This document shows positions 10,601 through 25,600 of a stretch of 64,000 bases of DNA, piece after piece (position 1 is the first letter of the stretch; every line of letters starts with the position of its first letter). The notes beneath the pieces were generated by a model that was given only the letters and a program-made list of their open reading frames with translations, searched no databases and was not told the origin of the DNA. The stretch comes from Fimbriosthenelais zetlandica. Lineage: Eukaryota. The position numbers were made by a program, and so were the translations under genes. The stretch spans positions 52,576,001-52,640,000 of the forward strand of contig OZ365109.1 of NCBI GenBank assembly GCA_977030845.1. Reading direction: 5' to 3'.

Positions 10601-13600
10601 TAATATCTTTTTTATTAAATGAAATTGGATTGATAGAACTTGTAACCATTGCACTAAAAGGCTTAGGACCTTGCCTCAGAGGCCTGCTGAATTGTAGTGA
10701 ATATCTAGGTTGTTTTACGACATCTTGTACTGGTTCTGGATCTTGAACTTCTTGTGTGGTTTCAGTTTGCTTTGTTGTGGGAATCTCCTCGACGTCTTCC
10801 TCTGAAGATTGCTTCATGATTTCTGACGCACTATCATCAATGATTTTCTGCACCATTGTTTCAGACATGACCTTTAGTTCTTCTGTTGACATGTACTTAT
10901 CTCCAATCTGTCTTGGCGACAACAGACCTGAGGAGGTGGATGATACATCTGAGGCAGTCGATGAGCTTCTAGATTTTGGCTTTGGCGGTATACCAGGTTT
11001 AGTAGGGACATCGGGTTTAGAGTTGCTGCGGGGCTTTGGTAGAGTGGGTGGTGGAGATTTTACCATGATTTCTACCTTGTTCTCCTGATCCTGGATGGAA
11101 GATACAGGCAGTGGTGGCTCCTTCTCGGTAGATCCTAGGGACCTTCTTGGTTTAGGTTGAGGAGGTTGTCTTTGAGCAGATATTGAACTCTCAGAGGATT
11201 CTGATTTGACTTCTATCTGTTTCTTACTGAACGATAATTCTACCTCCAGAGGGGGAGCCACTTGAGGAGTCGGAGATTCAACCTTCACTGGAGCTGTCTC
11301 TAAGTTTTCATTGTGGAATTTATCAACAATTGGTTCAGAAAGCTCACTCTCTTCTGAGACACTGAACTTTGAGTCTGACCAGTCCAAGGGCTTGTATGGT
11401 TTTGGTGTGATCAAATCCTTGGTATTAGCCATGGAATGAGCTTCCATCTGAAGTCTTATTTTGGAAACATTTGAGGTCCTTGACATATCTGGTTTCTTCA
11501 ATGTAGGTGGCTTAATACCATGTTGGAGAAGGGCAGGTTTACTTTGAGCCACAACTGGCAGGCTTTTGGCAGGTTTGATAAGGGTTGGTAGTCCTTTAAC
11601 TGGGGAAGAACTAGACGACGTTCGACGAGAGGGAATCTGGAGTCCTTTCAGACGTGTACCAGACCCTAAGCTCTCCCTACGCTTCTTTTCCAATGTGTCC
11701 ACCAGGCTTTCCTTCCTGGTACTCTGTAAAGGTGGAGCGTAGGACCTCCTTGTGTCAGAAGTGACACTTTCAGAATCAGAGCTGACACTAGATTTGGTAC
11801 TTCCAGAATCAGAATGATTTGACCGTGGAGATGAGTGTTTCCTGTCCATTGAATCATATCCTTCAAATACTGATTCTGATGATATTTGAGAAGACATCGC
11901 CCTTCTCTCCACGTAAGGATCAGTGGTATTATGAGTCTTTGGAAGAGATTCAACTTCAATGCTTTCATCCACACGAGCGTGAATGAGCGGAACAATGTCA
12001 GGTATACTTGATTTTGGTAGAGGTGGTTTAAAATCATCTGAATCACCTGACTGCAACAAGTCTATAGGTTTTTCTGTTGACCTAACAACTTGTTCTGCTA
12101 TCTCGATTTCTGCTCTCACCTTTTTTGGTTCAGCGGGTACTGACCTTTTCTTGGGAGGTGGCCTTGGGGCAGCAGGGTAGAATGTCTTTTGACCCGGTAT
12201 TCCATGAGCATGGATTTCTACCTTGTCTTTGCGCACATCAACAACTGGGTCATTGCCAAATCGGCTTGAAGCGAAGCCTGGAATAGAGGTTACAATCTTG
12301 TTATCCATGTTTTCATCAAATGCTACTGGGGCAGGCACAGATTCACTGGGCCTTGCACACTCAATCAAGTTGTAATCAGCTATATGTTCTGGAAATTCAT
12401 GACCATCAGGAGGCAGTCGTGGAAAGTCTGGTGTTTCAAAATCTTCAAGGCTACTTTTGACCGATGTTTGCTCACTTCTCTTCTGTAGCTCTTGTTTTGA
12501 TCCACTGTGGACCTCAGTAGTAACTGCTGTAGGCACCAAATGGCTTTCAGGAACCACAGTAGCTTTAAGTATTTCCCTATCACTTTTATACGAGCCTGAA
12601 TCTAACTTTGGCAGACTGGAATTTGGCAGTGTTTCTTCCACTGTATTTGATTTTAGCACGGGTGGCTTTTGAGGCAAGATATCCTGATCTTGATGTTTTT
12701 CCTCAGTTTCTGAATCTGAGCCCGAAGAACTAGATGAGCTTTTATCCTGAGGTTTTCCACTCTCTTCACCTTGATCTCTAAAGGCTTCTGACTCTCTGTA
12801 TGATTCCTCCTCCTGATCTAAAGACAGTCGATCACTTTCTGGGTCACTTGTGGTGGAAAGCCCTGAAGATTCGTCATCGCTTTCATTTGGATCCGGCTCT
12901 TGTCTGACCAGGTCATCACGCTTCTCTGACTTTGTTGATTCCTTCTCCACAACCTGACTTGTCCTGCTCTCCACTGTTGTGCTTATTGTGTGAGAAACCT
13001 TCACTGGTTGTGTCTTCAAACTGACCAAAGCTGTCCGGGATGAGAGGGGACTTCTCACTCCAGGTATCTCCTCTGTAAATATATAAGAGACAGGAAGTTT
13101 CAGAGGGAGAAATTCAACCACAGAAAAAGTCTACAAATGGTGCGAGTCCTAAACAGAGCATGACTATTATCTTCTTCTGACGTAAGTACTCCAATGGGAG
13201 ATGGTGAAGAATCTATGTTAGGAAGACGAGCAAATAAAAGTCATTCATAGAGGATGTGACATCTAAAGTACAAAAACACTTTTAATGAAAGTGATCTTTT
13301 TCCCAGCCAATTTGTCTCATTAAATTGTAAGCGATTGACATTTTAACAGGTTTTAAACAGAAGTGTAGGAAGGATCAATACTAGCGCAAGAAAGTCACCT
13401 CCTTGCATCGTGCAGGAATTTTGCGAATAATTATGGTAACATATTAGTCATCACCCTAATGCTAGATATGATATATGATTTGTTTGGAATAGAAGATCTT
13501 GTCATGCATTTGAAAGACATCTGACGTCATTGGGCATAGGAAAATCCGATTCACATTTAGGATTTCCCAACTAAATATTGAGGGGGAAAACTAAAGATTT

Positions 13601-16600
13601 CAGACCTTTCAAATCGCACCTTCGACATGACATATTTTTTAGGACAAATTTGAGGACTGTTCACGGAGGTAATGACTCGTTTTAATTAATATTTAATATT
13701 ATTATATTTAAATTTCTAAATTGTTTGCTTAGGAGACAATCTGCTTCAGAATCAAGTCTCCAACTGCCTCCTTATGATACAGACCAGTTGTCCGTGTTGG
13801 AATTTCAAGAGTGTATAAATAAAGAAAGTGAATCGTTTTGCATTCGTTAAAACACAGGTTGCTATTGTGGAACTATTTGCCCCAGCAGATTTTAGAGCGT
13901 GTTATGGAGCAGACATTCCAGACTTTAAATCTCTCAGAGACTGTACTCTCTCAAGCTGTAGCTAGACAAACATTACTGGCTGCTATAGGTAAGGTAGAGA
14001 GAGAGAATCTTCATGCCCTGCTTACACAACCTCCATTCTCCTGAATGAGAGCCAGCAATTACAGGCAATTATATGTTGGTGAGGCCCTTGGTGATTATAT
14101 TCCTCAGAATATAGCACGCTCAAGTTAAATTATATACATTTACCTTTTTTATAAATTCATCATCAATAATTACCTGATCTTACAGAATTGTAAAAAGTGC
14201 TATTGCGGATGCTTGGTGAAAATTCATTCTAATAATCCTCCAGCATACCTAGAGCATAACGATGCCTTCCACACTATACTAAGTAATCTTTAGAACATAT
14301 TCATAGCAATATTTCATGTTCATTCAGACTTCATTGATATGGCTAAAAGACTCTTATATATTAGGCTTTGATTTTGTAATATATGCAGCCAGGTTATCGG
14401 AAATCTTAAGATAAAATTTACCAAATTCTTTGCTTTGAAATGCATTCAAATAAATTTCAGGCCTGACCCCCATGTGCCCTATCCAACTATAAATCACTGG
14501 GCTTTATCTTCACCAATGATCAAAATTTGGATGAAATCAGCAAAATAGGGCCTCTATTCTAGTACAGATGTACACAGACTGTCAACCAGAGAGAGTAAAC
14601 TCCCTGAGTGGGATGGGAGCTGCTGTCATTCCTCAGCGCTATCTGACAGAGGTTGGAATAGCATTTGCATTATTTAACATCTTCCCTTCACTAAATATAG
14701 GACTAGTGCCAAAGTAATCTACTAAATCCTTCCCTATTATAATAATAAAAGAAAAAATATTTAAAATATTTTTCCATCAAGAGGTAAGTGATACAAGTTT
14801 CTTTGAAACATATACAGCCATAGATAACTTTCTACTAATTTCCCTGTCACAGCGTCTCTGTAGCAACACCCTCGTAAATTAAGAATTTTTTCATAATTAT
14901 CTCATCTGAATGGAGATTGTGCGAAGTGTGGAATGTTGACATAAAGAGACACAAAGCAGTTTGCACCTGAAACAGAGAACAGGAACTGCAAAGTTGAGCA
15001 AGATGGCTGCCTGCCCAATTTGCACATCTTTTGACACAGAACCTGTTAATTGCCATATTGATGGTGACATTGTTATTATCAGCCAGTAAAATGATGAATA
15101 GCTGAGTTGGCCTACACCAAATGCAATCAAGGAATGTCAACTATTTCTTTCTAGGTCTATCGTGGGAAAAGAAATATGTCTGGTGTAGACGTTGGCATGA
15201 AGCCATCGTATCTTTTCTTGTGGAATAAAAGCGATTTCTTTATGACATAAATATTACATAGAATATAAAATGAACTACAGCTGTGAAAAAATGTTAATAA
15301 CAGTAGCTTAAATAGAAGCCCATCCTTCAAAATTGGAACTTTACTTCAACATAAAAGAATTCGAAACAGGAAATAGTTCTGGGGATTCTCTAAAATGTTT
15401 TGCACCAGGATTATTAGTTCCATCTGATCTGAATTGAATTGACACAAAAAATACCTTTATAATTACTATGGTGAATGTTTCCCATCAGTTCAACATGGTT
15501 CACAACAGCACTTTTCATCTAGTTTTACATACAACCCTGACATTATCTGGACCCTGAACTATAGATCTATATGCAATACAAAAACTTCAGAAGTTAAAGT
15601 TAAAGATTGAAGATTTTTAATGGTAATTGGCTCTGTCCCTTACTAGATAAATACTTTATTTTAAAATAACTATAGTACAAATGACAGCCATATAGTTTGA
15701 GTTAAATCCTGTGTAAGTTTTGTCAGATTTCAAGCTACTTGACATGTAATCATGACAGTAAGTCTTTCCTTTGCCAAACAAACAAGGCCATGTCCAACAC
15801 CTCGGATATGGCTGGGTAAACAAGGCAGAAGTGATCCCATCCCAACACTTCTATAACCCTCACAGTCAACATTCTCGGGTTCCACATCCCTTTCATTAAT
15901 GCCCGAATGTTTTTTCATTGGAGCATTTTTATTGACGTGTAAAAAGCTGCTCACATTTTCATGCAGGCCTCGCACAAGAAGGATTTTGGTGAGAAATCCA
16001 TCTGATCTGATTTTATTTGTAATTTATTGTGTAAATGTACTTTGTGAAAAGCCCATGCTCTTTACTGTCTATTTGCATGTATAGCATTACATGATTCCAA
16101 GAGCAAAATGCCTTAACATTTGCTCGTATTCAATGGTGAAAACTTTCAATTGTTCAGGTATTTTATTATGAGAACCTTTTAGAAGTGTAGTGTTCCTTTA
16201 GTCTAAATGGCACCATTCATTTGGTACCGAGGTACTTTTTGAAAGGCTTGCCTTAACTTGGGAATATTGTGTTCATACCAATAAGAAATAGACAGAAATT
16301 CTAACGTGTCTTTTGCAACGAAGGGTCAGCGTTGTTTGAACATACCGATTGAATTTTGAGGCAAAAAGTGTATTCTTTTTATGAGTCTTAAACTTTTTAA
16401 GAAGCTGTTCCATTTATATCCTCCTTTATAAATTGTCCACATTAATATTGAAGAAAACACCAGGATTTGATACAAAATGTTCCCATTATTTATGACAGTG
16501 TTATCCTTACATTATATACTTAAATACTCAAGGAAAATAATCAATAACAATTATTTAAAGGACATTAAATAAATTTGATGGCTAAAATACGTGTTTTTAA

Positions 16601-19600
16601 GTAACGACTTTTGCCAAACATAAAACAAGCAGGTATGCGGTCTCTTATCATAATCCTTAACTGATCCTTATCAAAAAGTTATCATATCAGCAGACTAGTT
16701 AACGAAACACTTTTTTCTAGCTCATAAAATAGCCATAAAACACCCAGTAACAGTTACATTAAAACGGGATACCATGAGCCAACGGTGTGTCGGCTGAATT
16801 GTATACAAAATTTTAATGGATCAAATTTAATTTAGTAAATAGCTTCCAGAGCAGGGTCCGTAAGACTTATCTCGACATCTTAATTTGCTTGATACAACCA
16901 TTTAAAATCTATGGACACTATGAAGCCTTGTTCAAACAATCATACCATTTACAAAAAAAAGACTTTCCTAACAAGAGACGCAGTGATTAAGTAAGATTGA
17001 TACTAATAAAATATCGCTGTTTAGTATCTCCATACGTGACGACAGATATCCGTAAGTATACGCAAAGATAAATCAATCATTAAAAAGATACCACGATAAG
17101 ATTAAAGTTTAAATGTTTCAAGGAGCTTCGGTATTTCATGTCTCAGATAATCGAATCTCGAAATGAATTTAACCAATGTATGAGAAATATTAAATCGTGT
17201 TTTTGTTGAAGGAAAATACAATCACTATTTCAAAAATCAGATTCCAATAATATATCAATTGCAGATTGGACTTTAGAATGCCAGGGCAAGTTCGAAACAC
17301 GCTGTCGGCACACTCGAATGGCAGTTCTTTTACAGGTCTCTCACCAGCCTCTATGCTTATATTAGCAACACATCAGCAGGGGATTACATAAAGAAATTTG
17401 GACTGATTTACCACTGACAAGCCCTAGTGTACTGTAATGATCTAATCACGAGAGTGTTCATATTACACGCGGTTAACTCACCTTTCTCTACTGTCACCAC
17501 TGGATCCACAGGTGGGTTGGTGGAGGCCACAATACGGACAAGACCCCTGGGGAGAAGCCTGAAACTCTGCTGTACCCGGGAATCTGCCAGCCCTGATAAC
17601 TCAGTACCATTCAGTGAGACGATGTAGTCCCCAACTCTGTGGAAAAAACAAAAATACTCAATGTTAGACATGCATTACCAGATTAACAAGGCCACAGAAA
17701 AAAAACAGGCAGTAATTAAATTTTAATTAGATACAGACCTGTACATAACATGACACAGGTGGATTTGGAAACTGGCATTTGTAGGAAAGAAACTGAGAAT
17801 TTGGACGGCCCTGCTTCAAATGTTATAGATCACATAAGTTGAAATTTGACAGCAGTTTTACCTTATTTCAGTGTCATGGCAAAATGTTCAGGGTTCAAGA
17901 TTCAATTATATGAAGGGAGATCAAGTTCGGATTTGAAATAAATCACAGCAAAATTGAAAGTGGTTAAATGGGTTAAAGTAGCACATCATGTTACTTATTG
18001 TGTTTTTTTCAGAAAGGGATCCCTGTACAGTATAAATCCCGACTCTCATCAAATCTGGTACCTTACACCCCAGGCGTTACTTGGTTACATGATACTTATG
18101 TCCATGTGTAGACGGGCATTTCAGAAGGATATATATGTCAATCCACCTAGAATGCTAACTGTTTGAACGCCCCATTTCCTTTTTAATCTAGCACAGAGAG
18201 CTGAAGTCACATCCTAACTATTCTCAAAGCCATTCACCTTTAAGATAGCTGCCTCCTTGGGTGTACATTTTGTATGATGAAAGTATTTCTTTCAGTCTCA
18301 CACTACAACATGTCAAGGGTCAGAGTAGGCACGGTCGTAAAGAACAACCTAACGTGACGCCCTGTATTGATGGCCATTCAAGCTTTAACAATGAATAAGA
18401 ACTATATCCAAGAGGTGGCAAGTGGAATATCAACCATTTAATGTTCTGATGTGGATATGTAAGGAATGTGTTGATTGTGCCATATATTAGACAGGGCCCT
18501 GACCATGTCCTTTCTTGGTCATTATAATTAGGGACCGCACCAAGTATGGTCCCCTAATACTAGGATTGATGTAAAGATATGGATACAAAGGGAAAGTGAC
18601 TGGTTTTCCTCAGAACCTTATCTTGTCTGATCTGTATGTATTATGGTTGTGATTTCCTCTGGTAACATTGTTCATTCGTCACACTTGGTTTAAAGACTTT
18701 TAGAGTCTCTATGTATACATGTATGTGGCATAAGAAACAAGAGGACATTCTGGGCCAATCCCAACCATTCACCCATGCTGATCCCTGGACCAGAAAATAG
18801 GACCTGATTTGAGTAGGTGTATTATTTTCTCAAGGAATCTCGACTTTCTATCTTGGGAGGAGTCTTGGATGGTTTGAGTACTGTGGATACCGAAAGGCCT
18901 TTCGGGCCTAAAAAGGACTTGCATTGAAAACAAATAAAGAACTGTATTTAAAGGAAAAAAAGAATTTAGGTGGACTGAATATATATATTTAATTTTATAA
19001 ATAGTCCAGAATTCAGTACCTTGGAAAGGTGTTCTCGAACTAGTTAAATATTTTGGTTTTGCAATCTACCGAAAGGTCAAACATTGCATGAAGTCACAGC
19101 AGGTCTTAGCAATGCAATGTAGCTTAGCAATGTACCGGTAGTCCTCAGATTAAGATCAAAACCTAAATAATTCACAATCTTATATAAAAGTCTCCCTAAC
19201 ATGCATGCTCACATGCTGCTTCTCATTTCTGACTAGCAACGTGGGTATCATTAAAATGTCAAGCCTGCATTGAATTGAACTGAAATTTTCATGAACTAAT
19301 CGGTGTGGAGGTGGAGAATAATCTGGCATGCAGCACCTAATACTATTTATACCTCACATACCTGACTCTGGTAAGAATCACACAGCACCACCTCTGCCCT
19401 CCTTTCACTGATTCCTAGTTCCATGTATGTATATAGGTCCACTATGTATGTCTGTGATCAACTAGTCACCAATATCTGAGCTCAGATTCACGAGTTATCA
19501 TTGGTCTCATGTACAACTGGTTAGTTAGAGATGAGGGGGTTATAAACACTAGTTTATAGTGTACCTTTATACCAGCCTTTATCAGGTGTGCTGTATTTCA

Positions 19601-22600
19601 TCAGTATATGACACCACTCCAATATATGGTAGGGATCCCCTACACTAGGGCACCAGGTATGTGGTGTGGATCGAGCTCCCGAGGAAAGGTAAGGGGGCAC
19701 TACCGAATTGTATTGATAAATGTGATAAATGTACCTGAAATCACTAATGTGGTTCCCTCGGTGCATTTTACGTGTAAAAACCAGCAGAGCTTGTATTACA
19801 AAATCTACTTCAATAGTGCCAGAATAAGAGCCATATCCAGATAATAAATATAGATAGATCCATGGAAAATAATTGTAACAAGACCTCCCTTTCTCTAGTC
19901 ATTAATGTATTGAATATTCTATAAAGATAATGTTTTATTTAAAGGTAATGTGAGTGGACCTCCTCAGGGAAGCGAAGCGCAGCAGAAGAGGACAGTTTCA
20001 CTACACGGTGTTGCAAGGTACCTCTCCTCTTTTTCCCCTTTAAATGATGCCAATATATATGTATAGTCACATACCTCAACATAGACTTGTGGTTTTTAAC
20101 TTTACAAAATCATCCTAATTTAATCTTTAAATTACGCCTATTTCCTGTAAAATAGTGGGGAATATTCTGGATCTCTGAATTCTAAAATCTGTTCACAGTT
20201 ATTTCTGGCAGACCTTTTGCCAATAAGTTCAACTGGTATCGACTCCAGTTATAAATATGCACTTCCTGGATATTGCATCAATAACCAGTCATGTTCAATA
20301 ACATTGGAGTCCCATGGACGTTACCAATGCACCCTTGTAGCTTAGAGATGCATGAATAATATTCCAATGACATGATAGAGGGGGAAGCACCTAGTTTTTT
20401 GGGGGATACAGGGTAAAGACCTGGCTCGGACCATGGGCTTATGTATATACATTCATGCTTGGTAGCCAAGTGCCTTCATTGCTGCTATGTAGCCAGTGTA
20501 TACATGTATACATATAATAGTCATCCCTTCGCCATTGCTAGATCAGGTATGCAGGTCAGGTACACATCTACTATTCCTCCAAAATGTCCACCTACTATAT
20601 AGGATATAAAGCGGGGTAGGTGGTGCCACAATAGCTGAGACACCTACAGAATGAATCACCTGATTTTATTTATAGTTCTCCATATATCTTTTTCCACAGT
20701 CATCCTCCGGCTGTCACTAATTTTTGTGAGCTTCTTCTACTTCTTAGCTACCTTTCCGTTATCATTTGTTGTACAATGAGAAAAAGATGGTGTTAAATGT
20801 GTCCAATCGATCAGTAGGTAGCAGAAGGTAGACAAGAGATCAATAAAGATGTCTTTCAATTCATAGAATCTCTGATTTCTTCGCGTGCAATTATCAGAAT
20901 AATAAATGCCACAAAACGAGCATGTATGCTGGGTGCCCATGTGGCTAAAAGGTAAGATTGATCATATAATGAAAAGTATCCATTTCTTTTTGTCTTGTAT
21001 AGTCCAGGTGTCTCTGGTTCTGAGGAAAAGATGATACTTCAACAAAATCATTTTGGTTTCAGTTTACTCAAAGTCATTTAATAATCTGAGGGAAACAGGC
21101 AGGGTAGATGATTCAGCAAACAAGGCACTTTATCAACTACAGAGTCACCTTTCAATGTAATGAAATTCTAACAGGAAAGAAGCATATGTTGCGCCATACT
21201 CTCAGGCGTGTCTCACTTAGATCTAATTGTATAATAGATGCAGTTATCTCCATATGACATTACAGGAAAATGAGTGCAGTCTCTGGTGAAACAACCACAG
21301 ACTTCCTGGCTTTGAAACGTAAGTGATTCTTAATGCATCGGAAAACCAGAGTAAGCACTTCACCTCATAATTGAAAGATTTGAAAGATGTCTCTGCAACA
21401 GATGTTAAATTATAGTCAGCTAATTTAAAGAACTCAGATAAGGAAGTCATCCGTTCACATCACTAAGTGCAAAAATGGTCCACAGTTTAAACTACTAGAC
21501 GAAAATCACTATACGCAGCACTTGAATTTAAAATTATAAAGGGCCTTCTATAAGAAAGAGTCTGTGTTTGCGGATATATTTAAGTGAATATATAACTTTT
21601 TCATGTTGAAATAGTTGTCCTTCACTACAGCTATCAATAGTAATCTCTTTCATGTATCGGTGGACCTCTAGGAGGCGGCACAAGACTTTGTCCCATAAAA
21701 TTTAGAATTTCAATGGGATCCCCAATAATAAAAGCAGACGGCCCCTGATAGCCTCAATAAATTAGTCAACCAAGACAGGATTGACATGGAAAATAACATG
21801 CCCATGAAAATGTATGTTGCCATGGCCACCTATTGAGTAATCTCTTGTATATTTACTGACCTTAAAACGTGAAGATTTTAGATAGGATTTATGGTGGCTG
21901 GCAATCACATGAATGCTTTGGCTTTGCGGGAATAAACAGAGGAATTTGTAGAATGGCTGAGAGTTTAGGTAAGGGTTTCAATGCAAAGGACCTCTATTCA
22001 CGCCCACTGGGATTCTTCCTTGATTTATGAAGAGGCAAATAGTGAGAGACTAGTCATTATAACTGTATATAATACATTCCTAACACGGTGAAACTATTTC
22101 AGGTTGGAAAGACTTCAACAATCCAACTCTTCTCTGAACACCAAGTGTGACCATACATATCATGAAATTCAAGAGTCTTAAGGCTTATCGTTTTCTGCAA
22201 TGCATCCTCACTGGTAGTTGCATTTATTTCTCCTTGATCAAAATAAATTGGATATTTATCCTTGCACGTGCTCAGGGATTCCAAAAGGGCCTTTAATATG
22301 TAGAGATTAATATAAGCTTGGTGGGATTTGATCTAGTTAGCAAACGTAGATCAGAGGGAAAATTTGTTGGAAAGCACCATTCAACCAACGCTATTTTATC
22401 AAATTAAATAATTTGACAAAATATGTCCACCAAATTTAATAGTTGTGGTTGACCCCTCAATACGGAGGTTATGCATAACTTATGTTTCCCGCTGGTTTCT
22501 TGTAAGACCCTCGAGCTATCCAAGCAAGAAAAGCCCTTTTTACAAATCCAAAAGGGCTCATTCACAGCAGGAATACGGACCTTTTAAGGAGGGCCAACTC

Positions 22601-25600
22601 CTGAACGCCTGAACGTGGCATCTTAACGGTCAGATGGATTCGTCATTGAGGTCCATTTAAGAAACAGAATTAAGTTTGACGGACCGTTAAGGAGGGTTTA
22701 ACAGGACTACAATCCTCTCTTTCCACCAGCGTTTATCAACCATAAATAATTTTTACTCAGATGCATCATCAACAAATTGAAGATCTGCCTTTCGGTATTG
22801 TCACATTTCAATTAGCAAGTTTCAATCCAAACCATGGCCTGAGGTCACCCAAGGATCTTCTCTTATGTTGCTATATGACATATCCACCTGGAGATGTTTC
22901 GATACATTCTTAACAAAATTTCAAATAGAACTTTTGTGACAAAAGTAGAATCTTTGGTCATTTGAAAGACAGGGAACTGGGTATTGTGTGGATGACAGAG
23001 TTTCCAGGGGGTTGACACCAAGCATAGGTTAGGGCTACTATTTTTACAGATACCCTGGGAAGGTTATTGTATGCCCATGAGTGAAAACTATCCCTACTGC
23101 CTCAGGCTATAGAAACTAAGTCACTTTCTATAGCGTTATGTCTCCTCAACTTTCATTGGCGATCAGAGGAACTATCCCAAAAGATAACATACAGATGTAG
23201 GCATAGTCTTCCATCGTAACCAGGCATTTTATAAACTTTATAAAGGCAGTTGTCAAGCAGTTATATCATAGCAATTACGGGTATTTTCATTATCTATTTC
23301 TTCAAAGTGGGCAACTTTTTGTACTTGGATATAGAAGGTAACGGTGTGCTTTCTTTGACTTTGTGGTTGTCAGGTTTTTACTCTCTACTTCAAAGGGATG
23401 AAATGAATGAGAATGTACCCGGAGTGGGCCTGGTGTGGATTTTAGAGGACAATGTTGAAGGTCACAACAAAATCTCCCAGCAGGATAAATACCTCAGCTC
23501 GGTGCGTAGAGGTAGAAAACATCAAGCCACACTCCTCTCATTCTGCCAGCGCTCAACAGGTGGCAGCTTCCATCAATGGACCCTGATAATGGTGTTTCCT
23601 TAGGTTATGTAACGATATCAAGGTATAGCTCAAAAGGATCAGCTTGCCTTTAGAAATGAAAGCAATACTCAAGTCCGATCCTTATGTGGGTAATTGGAGC
23701 TGTTCTTGCCCAAGTACGATTGGTTACGAGGAGGACATTCTATATAATACATAGGGTGTTGTCTTCGATTAAAGCAAGGGATGAGGAGGGATATAGATTG
23801 CAGCAGATTGCATCACTGACCATTTGCTGGAATACTTAAACCCTCTACAAAACTATTGGTGAATTTCAACAATAAAGTAATGAATTGATAATGGTCCAAA
23901 AGGTCATTGGGTCCTGTATTTTAGGTCAGTCTCTGTTATAGTAAATACACAAGTTTAAACCTATGATTACTTTTTCTTTTGAACCCAGAAGCCTCAGGGT
24001 CTCGCCCCATAACCTATCGCTTTTAATAGGGTGTATATACATACAGGGGTAAGAGGGATCAGGTGGTCTACAGGTAAAAAATAACACAAGTTGTATGAAT
24101 AACCACTATCTAAATAAAGATAGGCAAATTCATATACAACTCTACCTATAAATGTATGTATGTAGGTCTATATTACAGGGGATCTGTATCCAGGGCATTG
24201 GGTGCGACATAACACAGGTATTAACTTTAAGAAGTTTAAATCTCTCCCTATAAGGTCTGTATTATATCATTTCTTTGAATTTGAGAGGCTGTTTACTTGC
24301 GACCTACTAACATTAAGGTCTTCTCTGAAAAGTAAAATCTGCTTCAGAAAATCCTTGAGAAATCCGGATACAAATCGGCCACAAGTAAAGTCTAATGAAG
24401 GTGACTCATGTCTGAGGACAATCAAAAGTAACTGCGGCATATTAATTAGCAATTGTTATTGTCATTATGTTGTAGAGTCTCTGGGTGGATGATTAAGGGA
24501 ATCCCTCAATAAAAGATGGACTGTGGTGTTGAGGCAGTGTAGAGGCGGGGTTCATCACTTGTACAGCTTATAAATGTCCTGTTTTGTTCAGGTCTAATGC
24601 CCTCACGACATAGGGCCACGACCTGAAGGTCATTCAGTAAACCTGGGGGCAGGTATATGGACAGAGGTAAAACAGTATGAGGGAAATAGGTGTGTCAGGT
24701 GAGTGGGGGAAGGGGCAGGATGAGTCGGATGAGTGCGGGTGGAAATTTGGAAGAGTGGAAGAAAATTGAGGAAGATCACAATCTATTCGAACGAAATGTG
24801 CGTGGAAAGGTAGCAAAGGAGGGGTGGATGAGAAAAATGAAGTAAAGAATAATGGAAGGAAGAAATTCCCATCATCAGGCTTTAGAATCCTTGTCATTTG
24901 AATCCATACATTTTATATATCTCTCACCTTGCTAATGCTCGGTGTTCACGGCCCCAAAACACTGACAAAAACAAGCTAAATAGCAAGCACTGCCCCCAAT
25001 GTATTCATCCCATGCCAAGATTCGTCACTGAACAATCTACGGCCATTCAAAAATGTTTTTTGCTTGATGGAAAAGCACGCTAGGCACCTGGCCGGATACT
25101 AAATGAAGCAAAGGGGGGTGGGTAATGAAATGGATTTTGGCGGTGAATTTAGGACATTCCTGTGTGACCGTGTGTAATCGCCAATTATTAACACCTCACT
25201 CACACTGACTTCTCACTGTGAATACTCGCACGTCTGATTGTAGGTAGGCATGCTTTTATGTCGATTTGCCATATCATAAGTCGGTAAATCAAAAGCCCCT
25301 CTCAAGATCCAAGGGTGAGATAGGAGTCATGAGAGGCTAGGTACTATTATGGATATGGCAGCCAAATATTTTATATATCCATATAATATCAAAAGAGCCT
25401 GGGGCTTCAAATCGCTACTTCAATGCCCGTATCTCTGACCTGCATCAGAGATCATAATAATTTGGGACATATTTTATAGGTATATCAGTGTATATAATTA
25501 TTATCATAGAATTATCTCTATTTTAATTGTCCAGGGTTATATCCAGGGCTTTAGAGGCACATGTATATATATTTTGGTGTACCACATGATTGAGGGTAGT

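Noticed and set aside
9572-12672. Several 60-165 aa ORFs overlapping the 3351-bp exon (for example 9874..10371 +, 10378..10746 +, 11666..12046 -)
   Set aside because: Antisense or alternative-frame shadows of a low-complexity coding exon; Ser-rich, with no independent splice or homology support.
15730-15975. Minus-strand string IRALMKGMWNPRM resembling a DIRS recombinase segment
   Set aside because: The similarity is only a few residues and no other DIRS motifs are nearby.
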